Assembly (NCBI GenBank): GCA_963751455.1
Contig: CAVVUN010000015.1
Span: 544,001 to 608,000, forward strand
Reading direction: 5' to 3'
DNA length: 64,000 bases
From: Nitrospirota bacterium
Lineage (GTDB): Bacteria > Nitrospirota > UBA9217
The notes under the pieces are model-generated. The model was not told where the DNA came from and ran no database searches. It saw only the letters and a program-made list of their open reading frames with translations. A program made the position numbers and the translations under genes. Shown in pieces: positions 38,576 to 47,100 of the stretch. Positions within the stretch are counted from its first letter, which is position 1. Each line of letters opens with the position of its first letter.

Positions 38576-39817
38576 TCAGGCTGTTTTTTTCTCGAGTTCC
38601 TCTTCTCTCAGTTCGGTCCCTTTTGCAATTACAACAATTCCTGACGGTGTTACCTCATAACGTTTTTTATCTTCCTCCAGATTATATCCGATTTCGGTCC
38701 CTGGGGGAATCGTCACGTCCTTGTCAATAATGGCTTTTCGAATCCTGCAGTGTCTGCCGATCTCGACGTTTTCCATGAGGATGGAATCATGGACTTCGCT
38801 GTAGCTGTTAACCCGCACGTTGGGTGAAAGCACGGAATTATACACCTGGCCGCCGCTTATAATGCAGCCGTGGGCCACTATCGAATCAAGCGCCATGCCG
38901 AGCCGTCCCCCCTTCTCCTGCTGCGCGAAAACAAATTTCGCGGGCGGGTTCTGTCCCTGGTATGTCCGTATCGGCCATGCCTTGTCGTAGAGGTTCAGCA
39001 GCGGGTCGACGCTGACCAGGTCCATATTCGCCTCCCAGTAAGCGTCGATGGTGCCTACGTCGCGCCAATACTTCGCGGCCTTCTTGTTCTCATCCTCGAA
39101 GTTGTAGGCATAAACCCGGTCGGTCTTCATCATATGTGGAATAATATTTTTTCCGAAGTCGTGGGCCGTGTCCCTGAGCGCGTCGAATTCGAGATGCTCA
39201 ATGGCTTTTTTTGTATTGAAAAGATAGACGCCCATCGAGGCGAAGGCCAGGTCGGACCGGCCGGGAATCGGTTTCGGACTTTTCGGTTTTTCCTCGAAGC
39301 CGATGACCCGATAGTCCTTGTCCACCTCTATTACCCCGAACGAGGATGCTGTTGCCCTCGGTATTTCAAGGGCTGCAACAGTGGCATCGGCGTTCTTTTC
39401 CTGATGAAAGCGGAACATCTCCGAATAGTCCATCTTGTAAATATGGTCCCCGGCAAGGACCATAAGGTGGTCCGGCGCGTCTTTTTCGATCATATAGATG
39501 TTCTGGTAAATCGCATCCGCGGTCCCCTGGTACCATTTGTCTCCGACGCGCTGCTGGGGAGGTACGGAAATTATGTATTCATTCAATTCTCCGGAAAAAA
39601 AATTCCAGGCGAGCCGTAAATGCTTGTCGAGCGAAAGGGATTTATACTGGGGAAGGACCGCAATCTTCCGGATACCGGAATTGATGCAATTTGAAAGAGT
39701 GAAATCAATAATTCTGTAGATTCCTCCAAACGGGACAGCCGGTTTTGCGCGGTGGATGGTCAGCGGATGCAGCCGTTCGCCCTTGCCGCCTGCCAGAATC
39801 ATTGCCAGAATGCTCAT
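38576..39817 (-). CDS. glgC: Glucose-1-phosphate adenylyltransferase
   Basis: LAGGKGERL, RAKPAVPFGG, WYQGTADA, GDHIYKMDY, FEEKP, ASMGVY, YWRDVGT. Confidence 0.97.
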   Translation of the reverse strand: MSILAMILAGGKGERLHPLTIHRAKPAVPFGGIYRIIDFTLSNCINSGIRKIAVLPQYKSLSLDKHLRLAWNFFSGELNEYIISVPPQQRVGDKWYQGTADAIYQNIYMIEKDAPDHLMVLAGDHIYKMDYSEMFRFHQEKNADATVAALEIPRATASSFGVIEVDKDYRVIGFEEKPKSPKPIPGRSDLAFASMGVYLFNTKKAIEHLEFDALRDTAHDFGKNIIPHMMKTDRVYAYNFEDENKKAAKYWRDVGTIDAYWEANMDLVSVDPLLNLYDKAWPIRTYQGQNPPAKFVFAQQEKGGRLGMALDSIVAHGCIISGGQVYNSVLSPNVRVNSYSEVHDSILMENVEIGRHCRIRKAIIDKDVTIPPGTEIGYNLEEDKKRYEVTPSGIVVIAKGTELREEELEKKTA

Positions 39818-40361
39818 TCGTTCTCTTCTCCTTCATTGCTGATCAAAACAGACAGCCAAATTAATAATAGCAGGAGGTTATGAGCCTGTCAAACTCGTAA
39901 TGTCTGACCGGAGAAAAGAAATTGCGACAAAGAATTATCTAAAAGAGTCATGATAAGCTTCAATACAGAACAATGATTACGGGTAAGAAAAAGATGCAGT
40001 ATGGCTCGCTGGATAAGCCGTATTGAAAATGGATCTCTGCATAGTACTCCTTATCAAGAAGAAAATCCTCAAGCTTACGGTTGCCAAAGCATGCAACGAT
40101 GTTTCATTTTTTTCTTTCATTCATCAGGAAAATAGTGTAAATTGTTACCGATTGTAGCATGTATCCTTCCAAAACAATGAAATCCTTTTTTGAACGTAGT
40201 ATTTTGCAGTGATCGATCATAACAGACGTGGTCTTTCAACAAGTTCATTACCTGTTACACCCATGCATTATTAACAGGAGTAAGATCAGGGTACGTGATG
40301 TGCATGAATCCATATCCTAAAGGGGCGAGCAGCAGTCAGGGCTGCCGCAGAAGGAACGATT

Positions 40362-41213
40362 ATGCCAAAAATTCTGGAAAAAAGATTGCTTCGGAAACCG
40401 GATGTTTTTTATTTCAAGGTCGCTGCACCGCTTATTTCAAAGAAGGCAAAGCCCGGACAGTTTGTCATTCTTCGGCTCCACTCAAAAGGTGAGCGGATCC
40501 CCATTTCGCTTGCGGATATAAATCCGGCGGAGGGGACCATCAGCCTGATCGTCATGGCCGTGGGCAAGACCACCACCGAGATGTCGCTGATGAAAACGGG
40601 CGATGAGATACTCGATCTCTGCGGACCACTGGGCAATCCGACGCACATCGATCATGCCGGTAAAGTGATTGTTGTCGGCGGCGGTTTCGGGGTTGCCCCG
40701 CTCTATCCTATTGCGCGAGCTTTCAAGGCCAAAGGCAATGAGGTCGTCTGTGTCATGGGCGCCCGATCCAAAGATCTCCTGATCTACGAGAAAGAAATGG
40801 AAGAGGTCTGCAGCAAGGTTCTTGTTTCAACCGACGATGGAAGCAAGGGAATGAAGGGTGTCGTGACCGAAGCGCTCCGTCAGGAGCTTGAGAAGGGCGG
40901 TACCGGCCTTGTTGTCACGGTCGGTCCGGCGATCATGATGAAGTTTGTATCCGAGACGACTCGCCCCTTCGGCGTGAAAACTATGGTGAGCCTCAACCCC
41001 ATCATGGTCGACGGCACAGGGATGTGCGGCGGATGTCGCGTTACTGTTGGCGGCCAGACCCTCTTCGCCTGTACTGACGGTCCTGAATTCGACGGGCACC
41101 AGGTCAACTGGGACATCCTCATGACCCGGCAAAAATCCTATACCCCGGAACAGCGGGAATCCTTTGAATCATGGAAGCAGCGGCACGCGGGCGTGCTCTG
41201 CGAACGGGGGTAA
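40362..41213 (+). CDS. nfnA: NfnA (FAD / [2Fe-2S] subunit of NADH-dependent reduced ferredoxin:NADP+ oxidoreductase)
   Basis: GERIPIS, GPLGNP, GGGFG, MVDGTGMCGGC...CTDGPEF; adjacent to nfnB. Confidence 0.88.
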   Translation: MPKILEKRLLRKPDVFYFKVAAPLISKKAKPGQFVILRLHSKGERIPISLADINPAEGTISLIVMAVGKTTTEMSLMKTGDEILDLCGPLGNPTHIDHAGKVIVVGGGFGVAPLYPIARAFKAKGNEVVCVMGARSKDLLIYEKEMEEVCSKVLVSTDDGSKGMKGVVTEALRQELEKGGTGLVVTVGPAIMMKFVSETTRPFGVKTMVSLNPIMVDGTGMCGGCRVTVGGQTLFACTDGPEFDGHQVNWDILMTRQKSYTPEQRESFESWKQRHAGVLCERG

Positions 41214-41216
41214 GCC

Positions 41217-42632
41217 ATGGCTGAAGAGAAGAAAACACCGAAAAAAATTATACCGAAAAAAACACCGATTCCCGAGCAGCCGCCCCAGGAGAGGCGCTCC
41301 AATTTTAAAGAAGTGTCCCTCGGCTATACACGGGACATGGCAATGCAGGAAGCAGCACGCTGCCTGAATTGCAAGAAGCCGGGGTGTGTAGACGGCTGTC
41401 CGGTCAATGTTCCTATTCCCCGGTTCATCAAGGCAATCAGTGAAGGGGATTTTAAGAAAGCTATTGCTATTATCAAAGAGGCGAATCTCCTGCCTGCGGT
41501 GTGCGGCAGGGTTTGTCCCCAGGAGAGCCAGTGCGAGAAGAACTGCGTGGTCGGGAAGAAATTCGAGCCGGTAGGCATCGGCCGACTCGAACGATTTGCC
41601 GCTGATCAATCCTTCAATAACGGCGGGTCCGAGACGCCCCAGGTCGGCCAGAAGACCGGGCGGAAGGTTGCCGTCATCGGCAGCGGCCCCTCGGGCCTGA
41701 CATGCGCCTACGAACTGGCGAGGCAAGGGCACAGTGTAATCATCTATGAGGCGCTCCACGAGCCGGGAGGCGTTCTTGTGTATGGCATTCCGGAATTCCG
41801 GTTGCCGAAAAAAATTGTCTACAGTGAAATCGAAGTGCTCAAAAAAATGGGCGTCGAGATCATGACGAACGCGGTAGTGGGCAAGCTGTTTACTGTGGAT
41901 GAAATCATGCAGGAGAATGATGCCTGCTTTATCGGCAGCGGAGCAGGCCTGCCGAAGTTCATGAACATTGACGGCGAGAACCTGAACGGAGTATATTCCG
42001 CGAACGAGTTTTTGACCAGAATCAATCTTATGCGGGCCTACCAGTTTCCGGAGTTCGATACCCCGATTAAGCGTGGGGACCGGGTGGCGGTCTTCGGGGG
42101 TGGAAATGTTGCCATGGATGCGGCCAGGACCGCTCTCCGCATCGGCGCGTCCGAGGTCGTTCTGGTTTACCGCAGGTCTCTCACGGAACTGCCGGCTCGC
42201 AAGGAAGAGGTTCATCATGCCCAGGAGGAAGGGATCCGGTTCGAGCTCTGCACGAACCCGGTTCGGATCCTTGGAGATGATCAGGGGCAGGTTCGGGCAG
42301 TAGAGTGCGTGAGGATGGACCTGTGCGAGCTGGATGAGTCGGGCAGGCGTTCGCCGAAGCCGATCAAGGGATCGGAATTCGAGATCCCGGTGAACGTCGC
42401 TATTGTCGCCCTCGGTACGGGCGCGAATCCCATCATTCCCCAGAGCGCCAAAAATCTTCAGGTCAACAAGAGGCTCTATATCATTGCAGACGAACAAACA
42501 GGCCGTACGAGCATGGAGGGCGTATACGCCGGCGGCGATATTGTCACCGGTTCGGCCACCGTCATCTCGGCAATGGGCGCCGGGAGGAAAGCCGCTAAGG
42601 CCATGCACGAGTATCTGATGCAGAAAAAATGA
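41217..42632 (+). CDS. nfnB: NfnB (GltD-like bifurcating FAD / 2x[4Fe-4S] subunit)
   Basis: RCLNCKKPGCVDGCP, VCGRVCPQESQCE, GSGPSG, GGGNVAMD, AGGDIVTG. Confidence 0.9.
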   Translation: MAEEKKTPKKIIPKKTPIPEQPPQERRSNFKEVSLGYTRDMAMQEAARCLNCKKPGCVDGCPVNVPIPRFIKAISEGDFKKAIAIIKEANLLPAVCGRVCPQESQCEKNCVVGKKFEPVGIGRLERFAADQSFNNGGSETPQVGQKTGRKVAVIGSGPSGLTCAYELARQGHSVIIYEALHEPGGVLVYGIPEFRLPKKIVYSEIEVLKKMGVEIMTNAVVGKLFTVDEIMQENDACFIGSGAGLPKFMNIDGENLNGVYSANEFLTRINLMRAYQFPEFDTPIKRGDRVAVFGGGNVAMDAARTALRIGASEVVLVYRRSLTELPARKEEVHHAQEEGIRFELCTNPVRILGDDQGQVRAVECVRMDLCELDESGRRSPKPIKGSEFEIPVNVAIVALGTGANPIIPQSAKNLQVNKRLYIIADEQTGRTSMEGVYAGGDIVTGSATVISAMGAGRKAAKAMHEYLMQKK

Positions 42633-42697
42633 CCGGCGCGCGCGTTGTTCCGCCCGTCGATAATTTAGGAGCACGTTGTGACCTTTTTGTGGCATGC

Positions 42698-42735
42698 CGG
42701 GGTCTCTTCATCCCCCTTGGAGACCCCGCTTTTTT
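42698..42735 (+). terminator. Intrinsic terminator after nfnAB
   Basis: cggggtctc...gagaccccg plus a T-run. Confidence 0.7.
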
Positions 42736-42780
42736 CGGACATGCTCATGAGCTCCTTAATTTAGACGAGGATTAACCGGG

Positions 42781-43448
42781 TTGAAACGGCACAATACTGA
42801 ATATTCGTCAATAAAACAGGAAAGCCGAATCGAACTTGTCCCTTTGAAAACCGTTTGGGGAGAAGCGAAAGCATGGGAAACGCTCTCGGGGCTCAGTACT
42901 AAAGATGTCTGTGCCGGAGCAAAAGCAACGCATGACCCCTCAACCGGAACCTATGCAATAAAATGCTTTGGTATAGATTTCATTGTGTCGACCGGAGAGA
43001 GAACGATTTCCAGCGAAAATCCTCATGCCGGACTGTTTCTCGGAAGGTACAAAGATTTTTTCCGGCTTTCATTACTCTGGTATATGACGAGTGCGAAGGA
43101 TATTCCCTCCACGAAACGGCTGATAAGGCCGATTGATGTTAAAGGCGGTCAGCGTTTTTTTACAGGCACCCATGTTCTCCCGCTCGACCGCATTCAGGAA
43201 AAGTACCGCAAAGATAAATTGAGCTGCGCGGCATCAAATTTGGCGCGGAGATCGCCACGTACGGAGATGCGGCAGTCCGGCTTTATCCACTGCCCCGGGT
43301 TCCGGTTACGATGATCCTGTGGCTCGAGGATGAGGAATTCCCTGCGAGAGCATCGCTCTTTTTCGATTCAACTGTTGATTACCAGATCTCCTTGTCCGAC
43401 ATTGTCTGGTCCGTTGCCATGATTTCGACACTCGTTATGCTGGAGTAA
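42781..43448 (+). pseudogene. DUF3786-like protein, frameshifted near 43218
   Basis: The N-terminal frame runs to GGQRFFTGTHVLP...KDK. The C-terminal half, YGDAAVRLYPLPRVPVTMILWLEDEEFPARASLFFD...MLE*, is in another frame. Confidence 0.75.
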
Positions 43449-43853
43449 GCCCTTAAACCACCGTTAACTCGGCAGAATCACTTTTATATCGACTTTGATG
43501 TTCCCCACACTTTAACCCCTTCCCTTCGAACAGGCTGCGAAACGAAGAGAACGCTATTTCTCTCTGTAGCACGTTATTAGCCTGGTCAGTTTAGCAGAAG
43601 TTTTTCCAAAGCTATCGCAAAGCCGGACTAAAAAACAGAACCTCCGTAGTTGCTCTTATACAGAAAATCGCTTTCTGCCCTCGCGAAATGAAACAAATAG
43701 CCTATCCGGATCGTCAATTCAGCACAATATAACTTACTGATATTATTAAATAAAAATTGTTACAATAAAACATGATATACTCTTTTTAACGTGAATAAAA
43801 GTTACTCTCAGTAAAAATAATCTAAATATAAAAATTATTAATGCAAATTTGTA

Positions 43854-43914
43854 TTGATTTTTATGTGTCATATTGATAGTATCGATCACTTTCTTTATTG
43901 TGATTCAAGTCACA
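43854..43914 (+). promoter_or_regulatory. sigma70 promoter with a downstream Rex/CRP-like palindrome
   Basis: TTGATT-N17-TAGTAT with extended TG (43854-43882); TGTGA-ttcaag-TCACA at 43899-43914. Confidence 0.6.
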
Positions 43915-44111
43915 GAAAAATGTGTAGTTTGGTAACATTTCGTTCTTTTTAAAAGTTGCATGGCTGTTTGGCTGCTTTACCCCTGATAAGGGGCTTCTTT
44001 GCTAATCTGCAGTTGGATTTTTCCCGTGGTCAGTACAACTCCATACAGCTCATGTGTTTCAATCTCCCGGTCTGTAAAATACGACGGGGAGAAGGGGAGG
44101 TATAACAAAAA

Positions 44112-44600
44112 GTGCTTCATCAAGAAGACCTGAAAAACATAGATTCTGTTCTGAACAATGCCCAGGGCCAGCGCGGAATGCTGATTGCCGTACTTCAACG
44201 GATTCAGGAAAAGATCGGCTACCTCCCGGAAGACGCCATGGGCATGATTGCGGACCGGATGTCTTTATCTCTATCCCAGGTGTACGGTGTGGCCTCGTTT
44301 TACAAACATTTTCATTTTAAACCCCGGGGAAAAAAAATCGTCAAGGTATGCATGGGCACTGCCTGCCATGTACGGGGCGCCAAAGCCGTGCTTACCGAGA
44401 TGGAGGAAAAGCTCGGGATTAAAGAGGGAGAAACAGCACCGGACCTTTCGGTAACTCTCGAAACAGTCGGATGCGTCGGCTGCTGCGCTCTGGCTCCTGT
44501 TGCAACGATAAATGATCAGGAACTCTTCGGCGAGCTGACGCCGAAGATGGTGGACGGCATCATCCATGCGGTGAGGAGCGAACATGGAACTCACGTTTAA
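44112..44600 (+). CDS. NuoE/HydC-like [2Fe-2S] subunit
   Basis: VYGVASFY, VCMGTACHVRG, VGCVGCC; GTG start after GGAGG. Confidence 0.9.
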   Translation: MLHQEDLKNIDSVLNNAQGQRGMLIAVLQRIQEKIGYLPEDAMGMIADRMSLSLSQVYGVASFYKHFHFKPRGKKIVKVCMGTACHVRGAKAVLTEMEEKLGIKEGETAPDLSVTLETVGCVGCCALAPVATINDQELFGELTPKMVDGIIHAVRSEHGTHV

Positions 44601-46473
44601 ACGTCTGGAAAGCATACAAGACCTGGATGTCCTGAGGCAAAAGCTCCGCAAGGAACGCCAAGAGAGCGAGGCGCTGCGCGTCCGTATCTGTTGCGGTACG
44701 GCCTGTCAGGCTACAGGTTCGAACAAACTGGTCAAGAAATTCGAGGAAGAGGCGGAGAAAAAGCAGGTTAACCTCGAGATTGTCAAAACGGGGTGCCAGG
44801 GCTTCTGTCAGCGCGGGCCTGTCGTAATCCAGCAGCCGCAGGAAATGTTCTATCAGAAAGTGAACGTAAATGATGTTCCTGCTCTGTTCTCGGATTCCGT
44901 GATGCGCGGTATCCCGTACCGCAAACAGCTCTATCGGGAGAGTGCCCTTTCAGAACCGAATACAACCATGAAGGACATCCCCTTTTACAAAAAACAGAAA
45001 CGCCTTGCCCTTCAGCGCAACGGTTTTGTCGATCCGTGCAATATTTATGATGCTATTCGCGAGGACGGCTATGCAGGCCTGGCGAAGGTGCTGACCGAAA
45101 TGAAACCGGACGATGTGATCGATCTCGTTAAAAAATCCGGGCTCAGGGGTCGGGGGGGCGCGGGCTTTCCGGCGGGCCTCAAATGGGAACATACTAAAAA
45201 ATCAGGCGCCAAAATCAAGGCCGTTATATGCAACGGGGACGAAGGCGACCCTGGAGCGTTCATGGACCGGGCGGTTATGGAAGGCGATCCCCACTCCGTC
45301 ATCGAAGGAATGATTGTCAATGCCTATGCAATAGGCGCACGGTATGGATTCATCTACGTCCGGCACGAATATCCGCTTGCCGTAAAAAATCTGGGTGTAG
45401 CTATAAGCCAGGCCGAGGCACTCGGCCTCCTGGGAAAGAAAATTCTCGGTTCAGATCTTGATTTCACGATAGAAATCAAGGAGGGTGCCGGAGCTTTCGT
45501 TTGTGGTGAATCGACATCGCTCGTGGCCTCCATTGAGGGAGAGCGAGGCATGCCCCGCCCCCGCCCGCCGCGGCTATCCGAGGCTGCCGGCGGTCTGTGG
45601 GGTATGCCCACAAACCTCAATAACGTCGAGACCTTTGCGAACGTGCCGGTCATCCTTACCAAGGGGCTGGATTTTTATACGAAGATCGGGACGCCCAAAT
45701 CGCCGGGCACAAAGGTGTTCGCCCTCACAGGAAAGATCAAGAATACGGGCCTGATCGAAGTCCCGATGGGCATCACACTCCGGGAGATCATCTTTGATAT
45801 CGGCGGCGGCATGCTGAACCCGAACAAGAAGCTGAAGGCGGTCCAGACCGGCGGACCTTCCGGCGGATGCATTCCCGCACAGTTTCTCGATATGCCTGTT
45901 GATTTCGATTCCCTTTCCAACGTCGGTTCCATGATGGGATCAGGCGGAATGGTCGTTATGGACGAAGACGACTGCATGGTCGACGTGGCCAAGTTCTTTC
46001 TATCGTTTACGAAGAACGAGTCCTGCGGCAAGTGCGCGCCATGCAGGATCGGCACCTATCAAATGTACGAGCTGCTTGAAAAGATAACTTCCGGCCGGGG
46101 CAAGGAGGATGACATTGCACGGCTTGAAGAGATCGGGAAGATGGTGGCCGAAGGTTCTCTGTGCGGTCTCGGCAGCAGCGCGCCGAACCCGGTGCTTTCC
46201 ACAATCAAATACTTCCGGGAAGAGTACGAAGAGCACGTACGCGAGTACTGCAGGGCAAAACGCTGCCAAGGCATGGGGGTGTTCCGCATCCTTCCGGAGG
46301 AATGCATTCTCTGCGGCATGTGCAAGACCGCCTGCGCGTTCGATGCCGTGGTGGAGCTTCGAGACAAATTTTTCATTGACCAGGACTATTGTACAAAATG
46401 CAAAGCCTGCTATTCAGTCTGTCCCACAAATGCAATCGTGATAGAGAGGAGGAAAAGCTATGCATCAGCCTGA
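44584..46473 (+). CDS. NuoF/HydB-like NADH/FMN subunit with an N-terminal [2Fe-2S] and C-terminal 2x[4Fe-4S] domain
   Basis: CCGTAC...GCQGFC, GLRGRGGAGF, NGDEGDPGAFMDR, GAGAFVCGE, GGPSG, SCGKCAPC...LCGLG, two CxxCxxCxxxC motifs. Confidence 0.92.
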   Translation: MELTFKRLESIQDLDVLRQKLRKERQESEALRVRICCGTACQATGSNKLVKKFEEEAEKKQVNLEIVKTGCQGFCQRGPVVIQQPQEMFYQKVNVNDVPALFSDSVMRGIPYRKQLYRESALSEPNTTMKDIPFYKKQKRLALQRNGFVDPCNIYDAIREDGYAGLAKVLTEMKPDDVIDLVKKSGLRGRGGAGFPAGLKWEHTKKSGAKIKAVICNGDEGDPGAFMDRAVMEGDPHSVIEGMIVNAYAIGARYGFIYVRHEYPLAVKNLGVAISQAEALGLLGKKILGSDLDFTIEIKEGAGAFVCGESTSLVASIEGERGMPRPRPPRLSEAAGGLWGMPTNLNNVETFANVPVILTKGLDFYTKIGTPKSPGTKVFALTGKIKNTGLIEVPMGITLREIIFDIGGGMLNPNKKLKAVQTGGPSGGCIPAQFLDMPVDFDSLSNVGSMMGSGGMVVMDEDDCMVDVAKFFLSFTKNESCGKCAPCRIGTYQMYELLEKITSGRGKEDDIARLEEIGKMVAEGSLCGLGSSAPNPVLSTIKYFREEYEEHVREYCRAKRCQGMGVFRILPEECILCGMCKTACAFDAVVELRDKFFIDQDYCTKCKACYSVCPTNAIVIERRKSYASA

Positions 46474-47083
46474 GAATAAATGCCCGGTAAACGAGGCCCG
46501 GACCCGTCTCCAGAATTTTTATGATGATGATTCAAAAAACGGTATGTGTTCCAAGTGCCACCCGTGCAAGCTCGGCGTCTCTAATGCGATACGGATCATC
46601 GAGATGATCCAGGAGGGCAGGGGAGAGAAGCGGCATATCGCGCTCCTCAGAAACATTGCCCGGAACATGAAGGATGGAAGCATGTGCAAGAAGGGCAAGG
46701 ACCATGCGGACATTCTTTCCGAGTTTCTCACTTCTTCCAGTGAAGATTTTTGCCGGCATGTGCGCGGCATTTGCGACGACCAGGAGTGCCCCTCCCTTGT
46801 TCAGTATATGATCAGTGCCGACCGTTGCACGATGTGCGACGTCTGCCGCGTCGCTTGCCCCTCGACTGCCATCGAGGGACAGAAGAGAGAGCCGTACAAG
46901 ACCGGATTCATGCCGTATCGCGTCAGGCAGAAGCGGTGCACGCATTGCGGTCTGTGCCTGGCGGTCTGTCCTGAAGGCGCGGTGTACGTGCCGGCTGATG
47001 TAACCGCACCAGACAAGGTGAGGACAGCGGCGGTAGAAAAATCGAAACACGAAGATAAGGAATGCGTTGAAGTAGGAACATAA
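46460..47083 (+). CDS. Fe-S protein resembling the C-terminal module of HydB/NuoF (NADH_4Fe-4S + 2x[4Fe-4S])
   Basis: KCPV, MCSKCHPC...SMCKKG, HVRGICDDQEC, CTMCDVCRVAC, CTHCGLCLAVC. Confidence 0.85.
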   Translation: MHQPENKCPVNEARTRLQNFYDDDSKNGMCSKCHPCKLGVSNAIRIIEMIQEGRGEKRHIALLRNIARNMKDGSMCKKGKDHADILSEFLTSSSEDFCRHVRGICDDQECPSLVQYMISADRCTMCDVCRVACPSTAIEGQKREPYKTGFMPYRVRQKRCTHCGLCLAVCPEGAVYVPADVTAPDKVRTAAVEKSKHEDKECVEVGT

Positions 47084-47100
47084 GAGGATCCGGAGGAACT

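Noticed and set aside
41217-42632. Glutamate synthase small subunit call
   Set aside because: There is no adjacent gltB, and pairing with an nfnA gene indicates NfnB.
41169-42695. 508-aa minus-strand ORF
   Set aside because: It is the antisense shadow of nfnB, which has clear motifs.
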